From IMG/VR virus record IMGVR_UViG_3300025133_005514, positions 1-64,000 of that record: DNA of 64,000 nucleotides; one strand, given 5' to 3'. A program made the translations under genes and the position numbers. The notes under the pieces are model-generated. The model searched no databases, was not told where the DNA came from, and was given only the letters and a program-made list of their open reading frames with translations. This stretch comes from a virus. The number at the start of each line of letters is the position of its first letter. Positions within the stretch are counted from its first letter, which is position 1. This document shows positions 36,814-45,917 of the stretch, piece by piece.

Positions 36814-37728
36814 GTGACCACGGTTGTCGATCTCTTCGCTGGCGTCGGCGGGTTCACCCACGGGGCTAAAGAAGCGGGGGCGACCTGCCTGACGGCTGTA
36901 GAGCTTGCTCCAGCAGCAGCCGAGTACCACCACCTGAACCACCCCGAGGTGGACGCTGTGGAGGCAGACCTCTCCTCCTTCAGGGTGGACCGCCTGCCGG
37001 CTCACGACATCCTTCTGGCATCACCGCCTTGCACCGGCTTCACCCCGGCACGTGGGGCAGACAAGGCGGGGCACCAAGCCGCCAGGAAGCTATCCTGGGC
37101 CTGCGTGAAGGCCCTGAAGGCCCACCGCCCACCAGCAGCGATTGTCGAGAACGTCCCAGAGTTCCTCCGCTGGTCAGAGTTCCCAGCGTGGGAGACCGCC
37201 TGCGTCAGGCTTGGGTACTCAGTCTCGGGACACCTGGTGGACTCCGCCAGGTTTGGCGTTCCCCAGAACAGGGTTAGGGCCATCCTGGTTCTCACGCGGA
37301 CCAAGGCCAGGCTGAGGCTCAAGGAGCCGGACCTCGCAAGAGTGTCAGCCGACCAGGCACTGAACTGGCACAAGGGGAGGTGGATCAGCTGGAAGTCGAA
37401 GCCGCTGAACCAGAGGGTTATGGACCAGATAGACTACGGACGTAGTCGCGGGTGGTTCAGGTTCCTCGCCCCCTACTACGGCTCTGGCTCCGGCCGTAGG
37501 GCTAGGTCCCCGAGCCTTCCGGTTGGGACCATCACCTCGTTCGACGGGTGGCGTCTGGTGTACGGGGAGCACTCCCGGATGATGACCCGGTCTGAGTACA
37601 TCCTGGTTGCAGGGTTTCCTGAGAGCTACGTTTTACCGAACCGGAAGAACGATGTCGTTACGATGGTGGGTAAGGCCATTACCCCAGCGGTTGCGAAGTG
37701 GGCTTGTGAGGGGGTGATGAGTGCGTAG
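36814..37728 (+). CDS. orphan C5-cytosine DNA methyltransferase
   Basis: DLFAGVGG, ASPPCTGF, VENVPEF, FGVPQNRVR, GFP.SY, GKAITP. Confidence 0.93.
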   Translation: MTTVVDLFAGVGGFTHGAKEAGATCLTAVELAPAAAEYHHLNHPEVDAVEADLSSFRVDRLPAHDILLASPPCTGFTPARGADKAGHQAARKLSWACVKALKAHRPPAAIVENVPEFLRWSEFPAWETACVRLGYSVSGHLVDSARFGVPQNRVRAILVLTRTKARLRLKEPDLARVSADQALNWHKGRWISWKSKPLNQRVMDQIDYGRSRGWFRFLAPYYGSGSGRRARSPSLPVGTITSFDGWRLVYGEHSRMMTRSEYILVAGFPESYVLPNRKNDVVTMVGKAITPAVAKWACEGVMSA

Positions 37729-38341
37729 CAGCAGACGAGTCGGCGGAGCAAGAACCTGGGCCACAGCCGCCCAGGCTGAAGACCATCAGCGCGAAGCTCT
37801 CAAGCAGAAGCGCGGTGGCTCACACGGCCGGACACAGAGCGTTGTCCCAGAATTCAGAGATGAGAACGATCGCTACCTTTGGGAGCTAGCTCGCTGGAGG
37901 GCCGGCTCCTTTATCCGTGTCGGCTTCTGTAGCGCCTCAGGATGGATGGGGTCTGACGAGCGAGTCTATGTTGGGCACCCGGTTCACCCCGGGGCCCCCG
38001 TGTTTGAGGACCCCGACTGCTTCAAGGCGTTCAAGGCAGCGAATGCTGCCGGGTACATCGGCTGCACCCAGGTGGCCAACGCTGCCCCCTTCCGCATCAC
38101 GAAGTACGAGGTCCGCAAGGTCATCCAGTCGAACCTGGACAAGTTGAACGTCGGGTTCGTCCGCTACCCGCACAAGATGAACAGGTCCAAAGTGTGGGTC
38201 TGCACCTTCCTGCATGAGGATGAGGTGGCGGACTTCCTGGCTTCGTTCAGGGAGTACGCGGCTGCGTCCATCAAGAAGATGAGCGCCGGGTTGGTGCCGT
38301 TCAAGCAGGACCTGATGAGGAACTTCCGGGAGATCAAATGA
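37721..38341 (+). CDS. hypothetical basic protein directly upstream of TerL2 (positional TerS candidate)
   Basis: Overlaps the MTase stop and the TerL2 start (ATGA). Confidence 0.65.
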   Translation: MRSSRRVGGARTWATAAQAEDHQREALKQKRGGSHGRTQSVVPEFRDENDRYLWELARWRAGSFIRVGFCSASGWMGSDERVYVGHPVHPGAPVFEDPDCFKAFKAANAAGYIGCTQVANAAPFRITKYEVRKVIQSNLDKLNVGFVRYPHKMNRSKVWVCTFLHEDEVADFLASFREYAAASIKKMSAGLVPFKQDLMRNFREIK

Positions 38342-40266
38342 GCATCAAGAAGGGCGAGAAGGAAGACCCAGCAGCGGACATCCTCACTTCGGGCGACTAC
38401 GACAACTTCACCCAGTTCGCTGAGGAGTACCTCAAGATTCAGACGAAGGCCGGCAAGCTCAAGCCGTTCAAGCTGAACCGGAGTCAGGTCATCCGGGAGA
38501 CCCTCATCACTGAGATGGAGGAGGCCGGGCTGCCGGTGCGAGTGTGGGAAGCGAAGGCCCGCCAGCTGGGCTGCTCCACCCACGTCCAGGGCCGGATGTT
38601 CTGGAAGACCATCACCAACTACGACGAGGGTGCAATCGTTGCTGCCCACGCAGACCCGGCGGTACGGCAGGTCTTCACGAAGTCGAAGGTGTTCTACGAC
38701 TTCCTGCCGGACCACATGAAGCCGATGACTCGGTACAACAACCTGTACGAGCTGGACTTCCGGGCCTCCAAAGGTAGCGGCGGTCTGCGGTCCAGGTTCG
38801 CTGTTACGACGGCGCGAGCGGTTGACGACATGCGCGGGTTCACGGCGCGTCAGGTTCACGCCTCAGAGGTAGCGTTCTTCAACGACCCCGAGTCCTTCTT
38901 CTTGGCGCTGCTTCAGGCGGTACCGGACGAGCCGGGCACCATGATCTACAGCGAGTCCACCTGTAGGGGCTCGGGTGACTTCCACCACAGCACCTACATC
39001 AACGCCAACGTGTGGTGGGACGAGATTCCGCCCTGGATGCCGCTGAAGCGGGCCTACCCCGGCCACCCAGACAGCACCTGGTACGCGCTGTTCACGCCCT
39101 GGTTCCTGATGGAGGAGTACACCAGGGACCTCCCGATGCCGGAAGCCGAGTACAGGCTGACGCTGGATCACGATGAGGTTGAGCTTCTGGAGCGGTTTGA
39201 GAGCTACGTCTCTCTGGAGAATCTCCAGTGGCGCAGAGAGACGCTCATCAGCAAGTGCGGCGGTTCGCTCGACCGGTTCCGTCAGGAGTACCCCAGCACG
39301 GACAAGGAGGCGTACTCCGCCACCGGCAGTCCGGCGTTTGATGGTAGGCACGTGGAGGCCGTTCAGGACCGTCACGGCTGCTGGTGCAGGGTCTGCAAGC
39401 CCCGGGGTCGGGTGGACCCTGGGACCACCGACTGCCCCGAGCATGAGTGGTACGACATCGTTGACGCGGCGGACACCGAGCGAGGCAGACACCGGCTGTT
39501 TACCAGCTTCAAGCCCGAGCTAATCGACGCCATGCCGGGCCAGGGGTCTATGTCGGTTTGGAGGCACCCGGAGAGCAGCAAGCGCTACGTCATCGGGGCC
39601 GACATCAGCAACGGGTCGCACGGCGGTGACTGGGACGTGGCCTCGGTGTTTGAACTGTCGAACATGGAGCAGGTAGCTGAGTGGCGCGGCAAGGCCGACC
39701 TGGATATCTACGCCGAGATTCTGCTGATGCTGGCCCTGCGCTACAACAACGCCCAGCTGGCCCCCGAAATCAACAACATGGGCGGCGGCATCGTCGCGAT
39801 GCTTCGGCAGACCCAGTACTGGAACTTCTACCGGAGGCGGATCACCGACTCGCTGCGCGGGCCGACGTCACAGCTTGGCTGGAGCACGAACAAGCGGACC
39901 AAGCCCGAGATGGTGGGCTTGATGCAGAAGGCCCTGAAGGATGGGTACATCAAGATCCGGTCCCAGATGGCCCTGACAGAGATGCGGGCCTACCGGATGA
40001 ACATCAGCAGAGATGCGTCCGGTGGCGACACACGGGTGGACATGTCTGCCCCTCCAGGCAAGCACGACGATGCCCTCATCGCCACGATGATCAGCAACGC
40101 GGTAGCCCACCACACCCCAGGGCACGGAGCAGCGCTGCCGAAGGCTGATCGGCCTCAGGCTTCGTCGGACCACAACCAGTGGACTGCGGACATGTGGGAC
40201 AAGTACGAGAAGGCGCCGCAGTCCATGGCGGTCCGCCGGCTCAAGCGAGCTATGCGGAAACTGTGA
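38338..40266 (+). CDS. terL: terminase large subunit, copy 2
   Basis: Walker A KARQLGCST, Walker B VHASEVAF, ESTCRG, FRQEYP, nuclease YVIGADISNG..D, PEINN, HDDALIA. Confidence 0.95.
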   Translation: MSIKKGEKEDPAADILTSGDYDNFTQFAEEYLKIQTKAGKLKPFKLNRSQVIRETLITEMEEAGLPVRVWEAKARQLGCSTHVQGRMFWKTITNYDEGAIVAAHADPAVRQVFTKSKVFYDFLPDHMKPMTRYNNLYELDFRASKGSGGLRSRFAVTTARAVDDMRGFTARQVHASEVAFFNDPESFFLALLQAVPDEPGTMIYSESTCRGSGDFHHSTYINANVWWDEIPPWMPLKRAYPGHPDSTWYALFTPWFLMEEYTRDLPMPEAEYRLTLDHDEVELLERFESYVSLENLQWRRETLISKCGGSLDRFRQEYPSTDKEAYSATGSPAFDGRHVEAVQDRHGCWCRVCKPRGRVDPGTTDCPEHEWYDIVDAADTERGRHRLFTSFKPELIDAMPGQGSMSVWRHPESSKRYVIGADISNGSHGGDWDVASVFELSNMEQVAEWRGKADLDIYAEILLMLALRYNNAQLAPEINNMGGGIVAMLRQTQYWNFYRRRITDSLRGPTSQLGWSTNKRTKPEMVGLMQKALKDGYIKIRSQMALTEMRAYRMNISRDASGGDTRVDMSAPPGKHDDALIATMISNAVAHHTPGHGAALPKADRPQASSDHNQWTADMWDKYEKAPQSMAVRRLKRAMRKL

Positions 40267-40843
40267 CGACCCGGTATTCCCGGGGCTGGCCGGTAGCCTC
40301 CAGGGCTCCGCTGCGGGACAGGTAGGAGATGGCTCCCCTGGCTTGGCCGCCGGTCAACTTCGTGCTGGCAACCACATCTCGGTAGCTGACGATGCCGTCG
40401 TTCTCCTTCACAGCCCACCTCAGCACGGTCTCGGAGGGTTTTTCGAAGAGGCCGGTGCGCTTGTCAACGTGGATGATCTCCCCGTCGGCGTCCACCTTGA
40501 TGACCTTGCCGACCTTGCCCTTGCGGGGGGAGGGGTCGTCGCCGTCGTCGTGGACGTGGGTCCCAACATGGGCTGTCTGCCGGTCGCGCTCCTCCTTGCC
40601 GTAGAACTTCTTGCCCTTTAGCCCGGGGGTAGCGGTACGGCCCCACCATCCACGGGGGGTGATGTCCTTGGGGGCCCCATCAGCCGGCCACCATCTCTTG
40701 CTGGTAGCAACCTGGCCGCAGGTTCCGCACTGCGTGTCCCTGAAGCCGTCCTTCTTGGACTGCATGTACAGGTAGGCAGAGGTGTTGAGTTCCCACGCTG
40801 CGCCGCAGGAGGAGAAGGAGCAGATCATCGGGTAGATGGGCAT
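40250..40843 (-). CDS. FmdB-like zinc ribbon protein with C-terminal wHTH-like segment
   Basis: MPIYPMIC...CG...CGTCG; TGATG-coupled to portal 2. Confidence 0.75.
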   Translation of the reverse strand: MPIYPMICSFSSCGAAWELNTSAYLYMQSKKDGFRDTQCGTCGQVATSKRWWPADGAPKDITPRGWWGRTATPGLKGKKFYGKEERDRQTAHVGTHVHDDGDDPSPRKGKVGKVIKVDADGEIIHVDKRTGLFEKPSETVLRWAVKENDGIVSYRDVVASTKLTGGQARGAISYLSRSGALEATGQPREYRVVTVSA

Positions 40844-42780
40844 CAGAAGTTTCCTCCGAAGGGTCCGCCACCGCCGCCGGCACCGGAGATTGGAACAGCC
40901 TGACCAGCCCCCGGACGGGGTCCTCCACCAGCCAACTCAGCCTCGCTCGGGGCCGGGAGACCCGGTCCACCACCACCTGAAGCACCAGCGGTGCCGGCGT
41001 TAACCAGCTGACCCAGCGGCGACATGAGCCCGCTGTTGGCCTGCCAGAGCGAGAAAGCCTTCTCCAGGTAAGAGCGCACCGTCTGGTCGTCAACCATGCC
41101 CAGTTGCGCCAACTGACCGAAGGTCTCCAGGGTCTTGTCGATGGTGGAGAGCAAGCCGATGTAAGCCTGGGCCTCCTCAGCCGGGTCCTTGCCGATGGCG
41201 CTGCCGGCCTCGATGTTGACGTCGTAGGAGGAGCCAACCTTGGACGAGTCGAAGGTCTCAAAGCCCTCCTGCCCAGACTCCCCGATGACCCGCATGTGCC
41301 GAGGCTCATCCCAGTACTGGGCAACCACGGACAGGAGCACGCGGGAGATGTCCTCCATAAACTGCTCAACAGCAGCGAGCCGAACGCCGGCACGGCTGTT
41401 GGAGCCCTGAGCAGCAACGGACACCTCGGTAGCCGTGGTGCCCTTCCGGCCCACGCCGCCCCGCTGGTAGACGTCTACGCCCGACAGTTCGTACATCATG
41501 CGCTGAAGGCCCTGAAGGACCGTCATGGTGGTGCTGGGCGGCGGAGCCTCAGGCAGGAGCATGACCACCTTGCGGATGTCGTCCGTGGCCACCGGAAGCT
41601 CGGCAACCTCCAGGTCGATGCCGCTCTCCAGTAGCGCAGTCAGCTGCCCGCCTTCCAGGGCTCCCTGGAGGGCGACGAACTTGCGCTTGCTGGACCTCTC
41701 GTGGTGGTTGAGCAGGTAGTTCCACTCCGTGTTCAGGCGGCTGCTCGGCTCCTGGATGATGGCCAGGTCGGCTGCGGTGGTGGTGTACAGCTTCCCGGGG
41801 ATGCGAACGAAGGACAGGGTTCGGTAGGGGTAGCCGCTGATGTCCATCGGGTCGTTGATGTGTCGGAGCACGCAGTCCTTCGGGGACAGCCCATCCCGGG
41901 GCTTCACAATCCAGAGGATGCGGCGCTGCATCGTGTCCTTGACACGGGCCCAGTAGCGAATCTCGTAGACCATGACGTGGTCGGCCGCTGTGTCGGGCTG
42001 ACTGTGTCGGTTGTGAGGGTCGTTCCCGGCCAGGGAGGTGGGGATGGAGTCCATCACCCAGGAGTCGGCCTCCAAAGCCTTGGGCACCTTGAACCGTCCG
42101 TCGTTCCGAAGGTCGTCAAGCATGAAGGGGATGCGCTCGGCGACCCAGGGGGCCTTGCGGAGCTTGTCGTAGCCCAGAGGGACCAGCAGGTTCCAGGGGG
42201 CGATGCGGTTGAAGACCGGCATGTCGTCCTCGGAGTCCGAGGCGATGGGAATGTCCACCTCTGCCATCATCCGAAGCAGGGTTCGCCGCTGCTGGTCGTC
42301 CAGCTGGGTCTCTTCAGTCCCCTGAGTCGGACCGCGTTCGTACTCATCAGCCATCAGGAAGGCGTCACTGTCGTCGTAGCTGACCTTGCCCACACCTAGG
42401 TTGAACAGAAGGGCGTCCAAAGCGGCCTCCTGTGTGGTCTCCAGAGCCCGAATCTCCCGCCACACGTAGTTCACGGTGGCCTCTGCCACCTTGGCGGTCT
42501 CCTCGTCACCCGGTCGGCGAGGCTTTGCCCGGATGTACGGGTTGGTTGAGACGATTGAGGGCAGGAGGGAGTTGGCCGTAGCCAGCAGGAAGTTGAAGTT
42601 GACCCCGCTCTCCGGCGTCACCAGCGAGTTGCGGTCGTGCTCCTTGAGACCCTCGTAGTCGGACAAGATGTCCCGCCAACGGGGGAGAATCTCCTCGTCA
42701 AGGAAGTCTTCGACAGCGCTAATCTTCTCGGCCCAAGCCGAGACTTCGCTTTCCGCAATGGGCATCTTTCTCTGTGTCAT
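40843..42780 (-). CDS. portal protein, copy 2 (P22 gp1-like), opposite strand to the rest of the virion module
   Basis: 645 aa; DALLFNLGVGKVSY, TATEV, AQYWDEPRHMRVIG, YDVNIEAGS, Gly/Pro tail; AGGAG RBS. Confidence 0.9.
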   Translation of the reverse strand: MTQRKMPIAESEVSAWAEKISAVEDFLDEEILPRWRDILSDYEGLKEHDRNSLVTPESGVNFNFLLATANSLLPSIVSTNPYIRAKPRRPGDEETAKVAEATVNYVWREIRALETTQEAALDALLFNLGVGKVSYDDSDAFLMADEYERGPTQGTEETQLDDQQRRTLLRMMAEVDIPIASDSEDDMPVFNRIAPWNLLVPLGYDKLRKAPWVAERIPFMLDDLRNDGRFKVPKALEADSWVMDSIPTSLAGNDPHNRHSQPDTAADHVMVYEIRYWARVKDTMQRRILWIVKPRDGLSPKDCVLRHINDPMDISGYPYRTLSFVRIPGKLYTTTAADLAIIQEPSSRLNTEWNYLLNHHERSSKRKFVALQGALEGGQLTALLESGIDLEVAELPVATDDIRKVVMLLPEAPPPSTTMTVLQGLQRMMYELSGVDVYQRGGVGRKGTTATEVSVAAQGSNSRAGVRLAAVEQFMEDISRVLLSVVAQYWDEPRHMRVIGESGQEGFETFDSSKVGSSYDVNIEAGSAIGKDPAEEAQAYIGLLSTIDKTLETFGQLAQLGMVDDQTVRSYLEKAFSLWQANSGLMSPLGQLVNAGTAGASGGGGPGLPAPSEAELAGGGPRPGAGQAVPISGAGGGGGPFGGNF

Positions 42781-42873
42781 CTACGACTCCTGCTTGACAA
42801 CGGGTGTGTGTTTTACCCTAACTAGGATTAGTCGCTGTGCGAATGGGTCGTCAGCGACAAAGGGAGATCGGAA

Positions 42874-43656
42874 ATGACCGAGGCGGTTACCGACAACTTC
42901 GACGAGGCCCTTGGCAACGAGGACAACCCCGACGAGGCCGGCACTGACATCACGGACGAGACACCTGACGACACGGAAGGAGAACCGGATTATTCCGATC
43001 CGGTAGCTTGGCTAGACACCCAGGACAACGTCCCGGATGAGGTCAAGCAAGCGGTCAAGAATGGGTTCCTGCGGCGAAGCGATTACTCGCAGAAGACGCA
43101 GGCGCTAGCGAAGAAGCGTGACCTTGTTGACGAAATCCTGCTTCAGCGGGAAGCCGGCAAGGACAAGCCTCAGCCCCAGGTTGAGGAGAAGCCCCCGCCT
43201 TCATTGAAGGAGGGAGCCACGCCCGAAGAGGTGATTGACCATTACGTGCAGCAGGCCGTCCAGGCCAAGCTTGAAGCCCTCGGTATCAACAATACCGTCG
43301 AGCAGATGAAGCCCCTGGTAGACAAGCAGCGCGTTGTGGACGCTTACCGCGACTACGCAAGCGAGAACCCCGACCAGGACCACGCCACCCTTTCCGCAGC
43401 CGTCGGGCAAGTTCTCGACACCGATCCCGAGCTTGAACAGCTAGCCATTACGAACCCGCGAGCAGCGGTTCGTGCAGCAGCGCGCATCGCTTCTGCCGAA
43501 CTCCGGGTCGCGAAGAGTAGGGCCAGCAAGAAGCGAAAGAGGGCTACAGCACCAGCTTCAGCCAGAGCTTCTACGTCTCGGGTAGCTACGGGGGGCAAGC
43601 GATTGACCCCCCTGGAAGCCGCGACGCAGGCTCTGAAGGAGCAGGGAGCCCTCTAG
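42874..43656 (+). CDS. capsid scaffolding protein
   Basis: Acidic N-terminus, GFLRRSDYSQKTQALA motif, helical, directly upstream of the capsid gene. Confidence 0.85.
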   Translation: MTEAVTDNFDEALGNEDNPDEAGTDITDETPDDTEGEPDYSDPVAWLDTQDNVPDEVKQAVKNGFLRRSDYSQKTQALAKKRDLVDEILLQREAGKDKPQPQVEEKPPPSLKEGATPEEVIDHYVQQAVQAKLEALGINNTVEQMKPLVDKQRVVDAYRDYASENPDQDHATLSAAVGQVLDTDPELEQLAITNPRAAVRAAARIASAELRVAKSRASKKRKRATAPASARASTSRVATGGKRLTPLEAATQALKEQGAL

Positions 43657-43668
43657 GGAGTCTGAAAA

Positions 43669-44742
43669 TTGGCCGCCGTTACCGCCTCAATTGAGTTTGA
43701 TCGGGTTTACTCGACAACTCTCGCTGTCCAGCGCGACGACGTCGCGATGGAGATCGTCCAGTCCAACCCCCTCCTCTGGCACATGTACCGCCAGGGCGCA
43801 GTCCAGTACGACGGTGGAACGGAAGTTCGCCAGCCGGTCGTCCTGGAAGAGACCGCCAACATCTCGGCGATCTCGACCTACGAGACCTTCGGCACCACGC
43901 CGGAAGACGGGCCCGACACGGCTCGCTACCCGACCTGGTACAAGAACCGCGCCTCCATCGTCCTGGACAACACCGAGTTGGCCCAGAACCGTGGCGCGTC
44001 TCAGATCGTCTCGCTCCTGAACAGCAAGCTCGCGATTGCGAAGATCAGCATGATCAACGACATCGCCCGCCAGCTGTACGCTGACAACTCCGCCCTCCCC
44101 AAGGAGATCAACGGCCTTCAGTCGGACTTCCTGGAGTTTTCGGCCGAGGCCGCTCAGACCGGCACGGTCGGCGGCATCAGCAAGGCTGGCTACGCCAACT
44201 GGCGCAACCGCTACCAGCAGATCACCGCCTTCGGGACGGACGGACTGGACCAGTGGGAGCAGCTGTACATGGAGTGCTCGCAGCGGGGTACGCACCCCGA
44301 CATCATCCTGACCGACCCCGCCGTCTACCGCTTCTTCAAGCGGACGGTCGCGGCCAACCAGGCTGAGCGCGACAACGCCATGTGGGACCAGGGTTTCCAC
44401 AACCTCCTCTTCGAAGGTACGCCCGTCGTGCCCGACTACGAGTTGGACGGAACCGGTCAGACGTACATGCTGACCACGACCGGAAAGCGCGGAGTCAACG
44501 ACTTCAACCTGAAGCCCGAGTACTTCACGGTCCCCGGCAAGAACCCGCTGGCCAAGGGCAAGCACACCGGCATCGGCCTCGGCCTCGCGATTCTGTCGCA
44601 GGACGATTTCCGCATGACGGACTTCATGACCCCGCCCAACGCTGACACCATCCTCGCCCACTGCTACCTGTCGTGCATGTTGGTCACTGCGTCCGAAGGA
44701 CGTCAGGGCTGCTCGGACTTCAGCGGCACCGTCCAGTTCTAG
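43669..44742 (+). CDS. major capsid protein (HK97 fold)
   Basis: 357 aa; SNPLL, GGTEVRQPV, INGL, VGGISK..YANWRN, PDIILTD, GFHNLLFEGTPVVPD; strong codon bias; TTG start. Confidence 0.9.
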   Translation: MAAVTASIEFDRVYSTTLAVQRDDVAMEIVQSNPLLWHMYRQGAVQYDGGTEVRQPVVLEETANISAISTYETFGTTPEDGPDTARYPTWYKNRASIVLDNTELAQNRGASQIVSLLNSKLAIAKISMINDIARQLYADNSALPKEINGLQSDFLEFSAEAAQTGTVGGISKAGYANWRNRYQQITAFGTDGLDQWEQLYMECSQRGTHPDIILTDPAVYRFFKRTVAANQAERDNAMWDQGFHNLLFEGTPVVPDYELDGTGQTYMLTTTGKRGVNDFNLKPEYFTVPGKNPLAKGKHTGIGLGLAILSQDDFRMTDFMTPPNADTILAHCYLSCMLVTASEGRQGCSDFSGTVQF

Positions 44743-44751
44743 GAGGACAAA

Positions 44752-45372
44752 ATGAGCTACACAGACATTGGGTCTTACCCGCAGCGAATTGACGCTGTGG
44801 TCATCTGGAACCCCACCACGAGCACCGACCTCCTCTACCGGGGCGACGTTGTGCAGATCGAGGCGGAGACCATCGCCAACCTGGACGGCGCGAACGCGCA
44901 GGTTCCGGTGGTCGATTCGTCCTCGCCCGAGACGCTCAACATGATGTGCGGAGTTGTCCTCGGCACGGCGAAGAAGTTCACCTACCGCGACCAGGAAGAG
45001 GTCCCGGTTCGGGTTCTCGGCGTTGTCGAGGCCCTGGTGGACGGCGGAACCGTGGATGTGGATCCGCAGGACCACCTGTACATTCAGGACGCCTTGCACG
45101 GCCTCATCGCGAAGGCGGCTGAGCCGGACCTGGTTACGCCGGCTCCGGCGGCCCTCGCGGCCTCGGTCCCCACCGACCTCAGCACGACGATCACGGCCGT
45201 CACCGAGATCATGACCGACATCGACGCGATGAATCTGATCCTCCAGGACCTCATGGACATGAAGGTCTGCAAGGCGATTGCAATTGACGAGGACGACGAC
45301 GCCGTTGGGACCCGCTCCGGCGCGGCCTCGACGCTCTCGACCGTCTTCTTCAACGGCATCGCCCAGTTCTAG
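44752..45372 (+). CDS. capsid decoration/cement-like protein
   Basis: Immediately after the capsid gene; RGDVVQI...GVV...VRVLGVVEALV; AGGAGG RBS. Confidence 0.6.
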   Translation: MSYTDIGSYPQRIDAVVIWNPTTSTDLLYRGDVVQIEAETIANLDGANAQVPVVDSSSPETLNMMCGVVLGTAKKFTYRDQEEVPVRVLGVVEALVDGGTVDVDPQDHLYIQDALHGLIAKAAEPDLVTPAPAALAASVPTDLSTTITAVTEIMTDIDAMNLILQDLMDMKVCKAIAIDEDDDAVGTRSGAASTLSTVFFNGIAQF

Positions 45373-45381
45373 GAGGACTCC

Positions 45382-45804
45382 ATGGTCGCTATCCCACAGC
45401 ACATCGATCGGCAGGTCTCAGAGACCCGTCCGCACGGTGTGTCCATCCTCCAGGACTTCGCAGTCCACCTCCAGTTCGACGTGGACGGGGTCTTCATCCC
45501 GCTCCTGTTGGCCCTGGATTCGGACTACTACATCGAAGAAGCCTGGTTCCTGCCAAGCGAGGTGGCTGATGCCACCACGGTCACGCTGACCCTGAAACAG
45601 TACCTCGCGGCTGCTGACCAGAGTCTGGACCTGATGAGTTCGGCGGTTGCTTCGACGGCCTTCGTCATCAACGTCCCCGTGGACTTGGGAGTTGACCAGA
45701 ACCAGACCCTGGTTGACGGCAACTACCTGTGCATGGACGTTGCCGTTGCCACGGGCGGCGACATCTCCGGCGTCGTTCAGGTCCGCTACCGCCGCAAGGC
45801 GTAA
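45382..45804 (+). CDS. probable small virion protein
   Basis: AGGAGG RBS; beta-rich; in the capsid operon. Confidence 0.6.
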   Translation: MVAIPQHIDRQVSETRPHGVSILQDFAVHLQFDVDGVFIPLLLALDSDYYIEEAWFLPSEVADATTVTLTLKQYLAAADQSLDLMSSAVASTAFVINVPVDLGVDQNQTLVDGNYLCMDVAVATGGDISGVVQVRYRRKA

Positions 45805-45814
45805 AGAACGGGGG

Positions 45815-45889
45815 GCCCGGCTGTCCTCTGTGCCGCTCCTCACCCCACCGGGGAGCGGCAGGTCCCCCATCCTCCGGGGACAGCCGGGC
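45815..45889 (+). promoter_or_regulatory. nested stem-loop after the capsid operon
   Basis: GCCCGGCTGTCC/GGACAGCCGGGC enclosing TGCCGCTCC/GGAGCGGCA; no U tract. Confidence 0.6.
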
Positions 45890-45917
45890 TAACCCCATCC
45901 TCCGCTAGGATGGCCGC

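Noticed and set aside
40250-42800. Recombinase-switchable invertible portal cassette
   Set aside because: No flanking inverted repeats or invertase seen, and the left boundary is a gene-gene overlap.
43669-43671. TTG start of the capsid gene as a sign of a defect
   Set aside because: A GGGAG RBS lies at a suitable distance and the ORF is intact.
43687-45402. 571-aa minus-strand ORF, and similar long antisense ORFs at 543..1742, 17579..19276, 28148..29263, 53455..55119 and 56481..58208
   Set aside because: Shadow frames of real GC3-rich genes on the opposite strand; no motifs and atypical composition.
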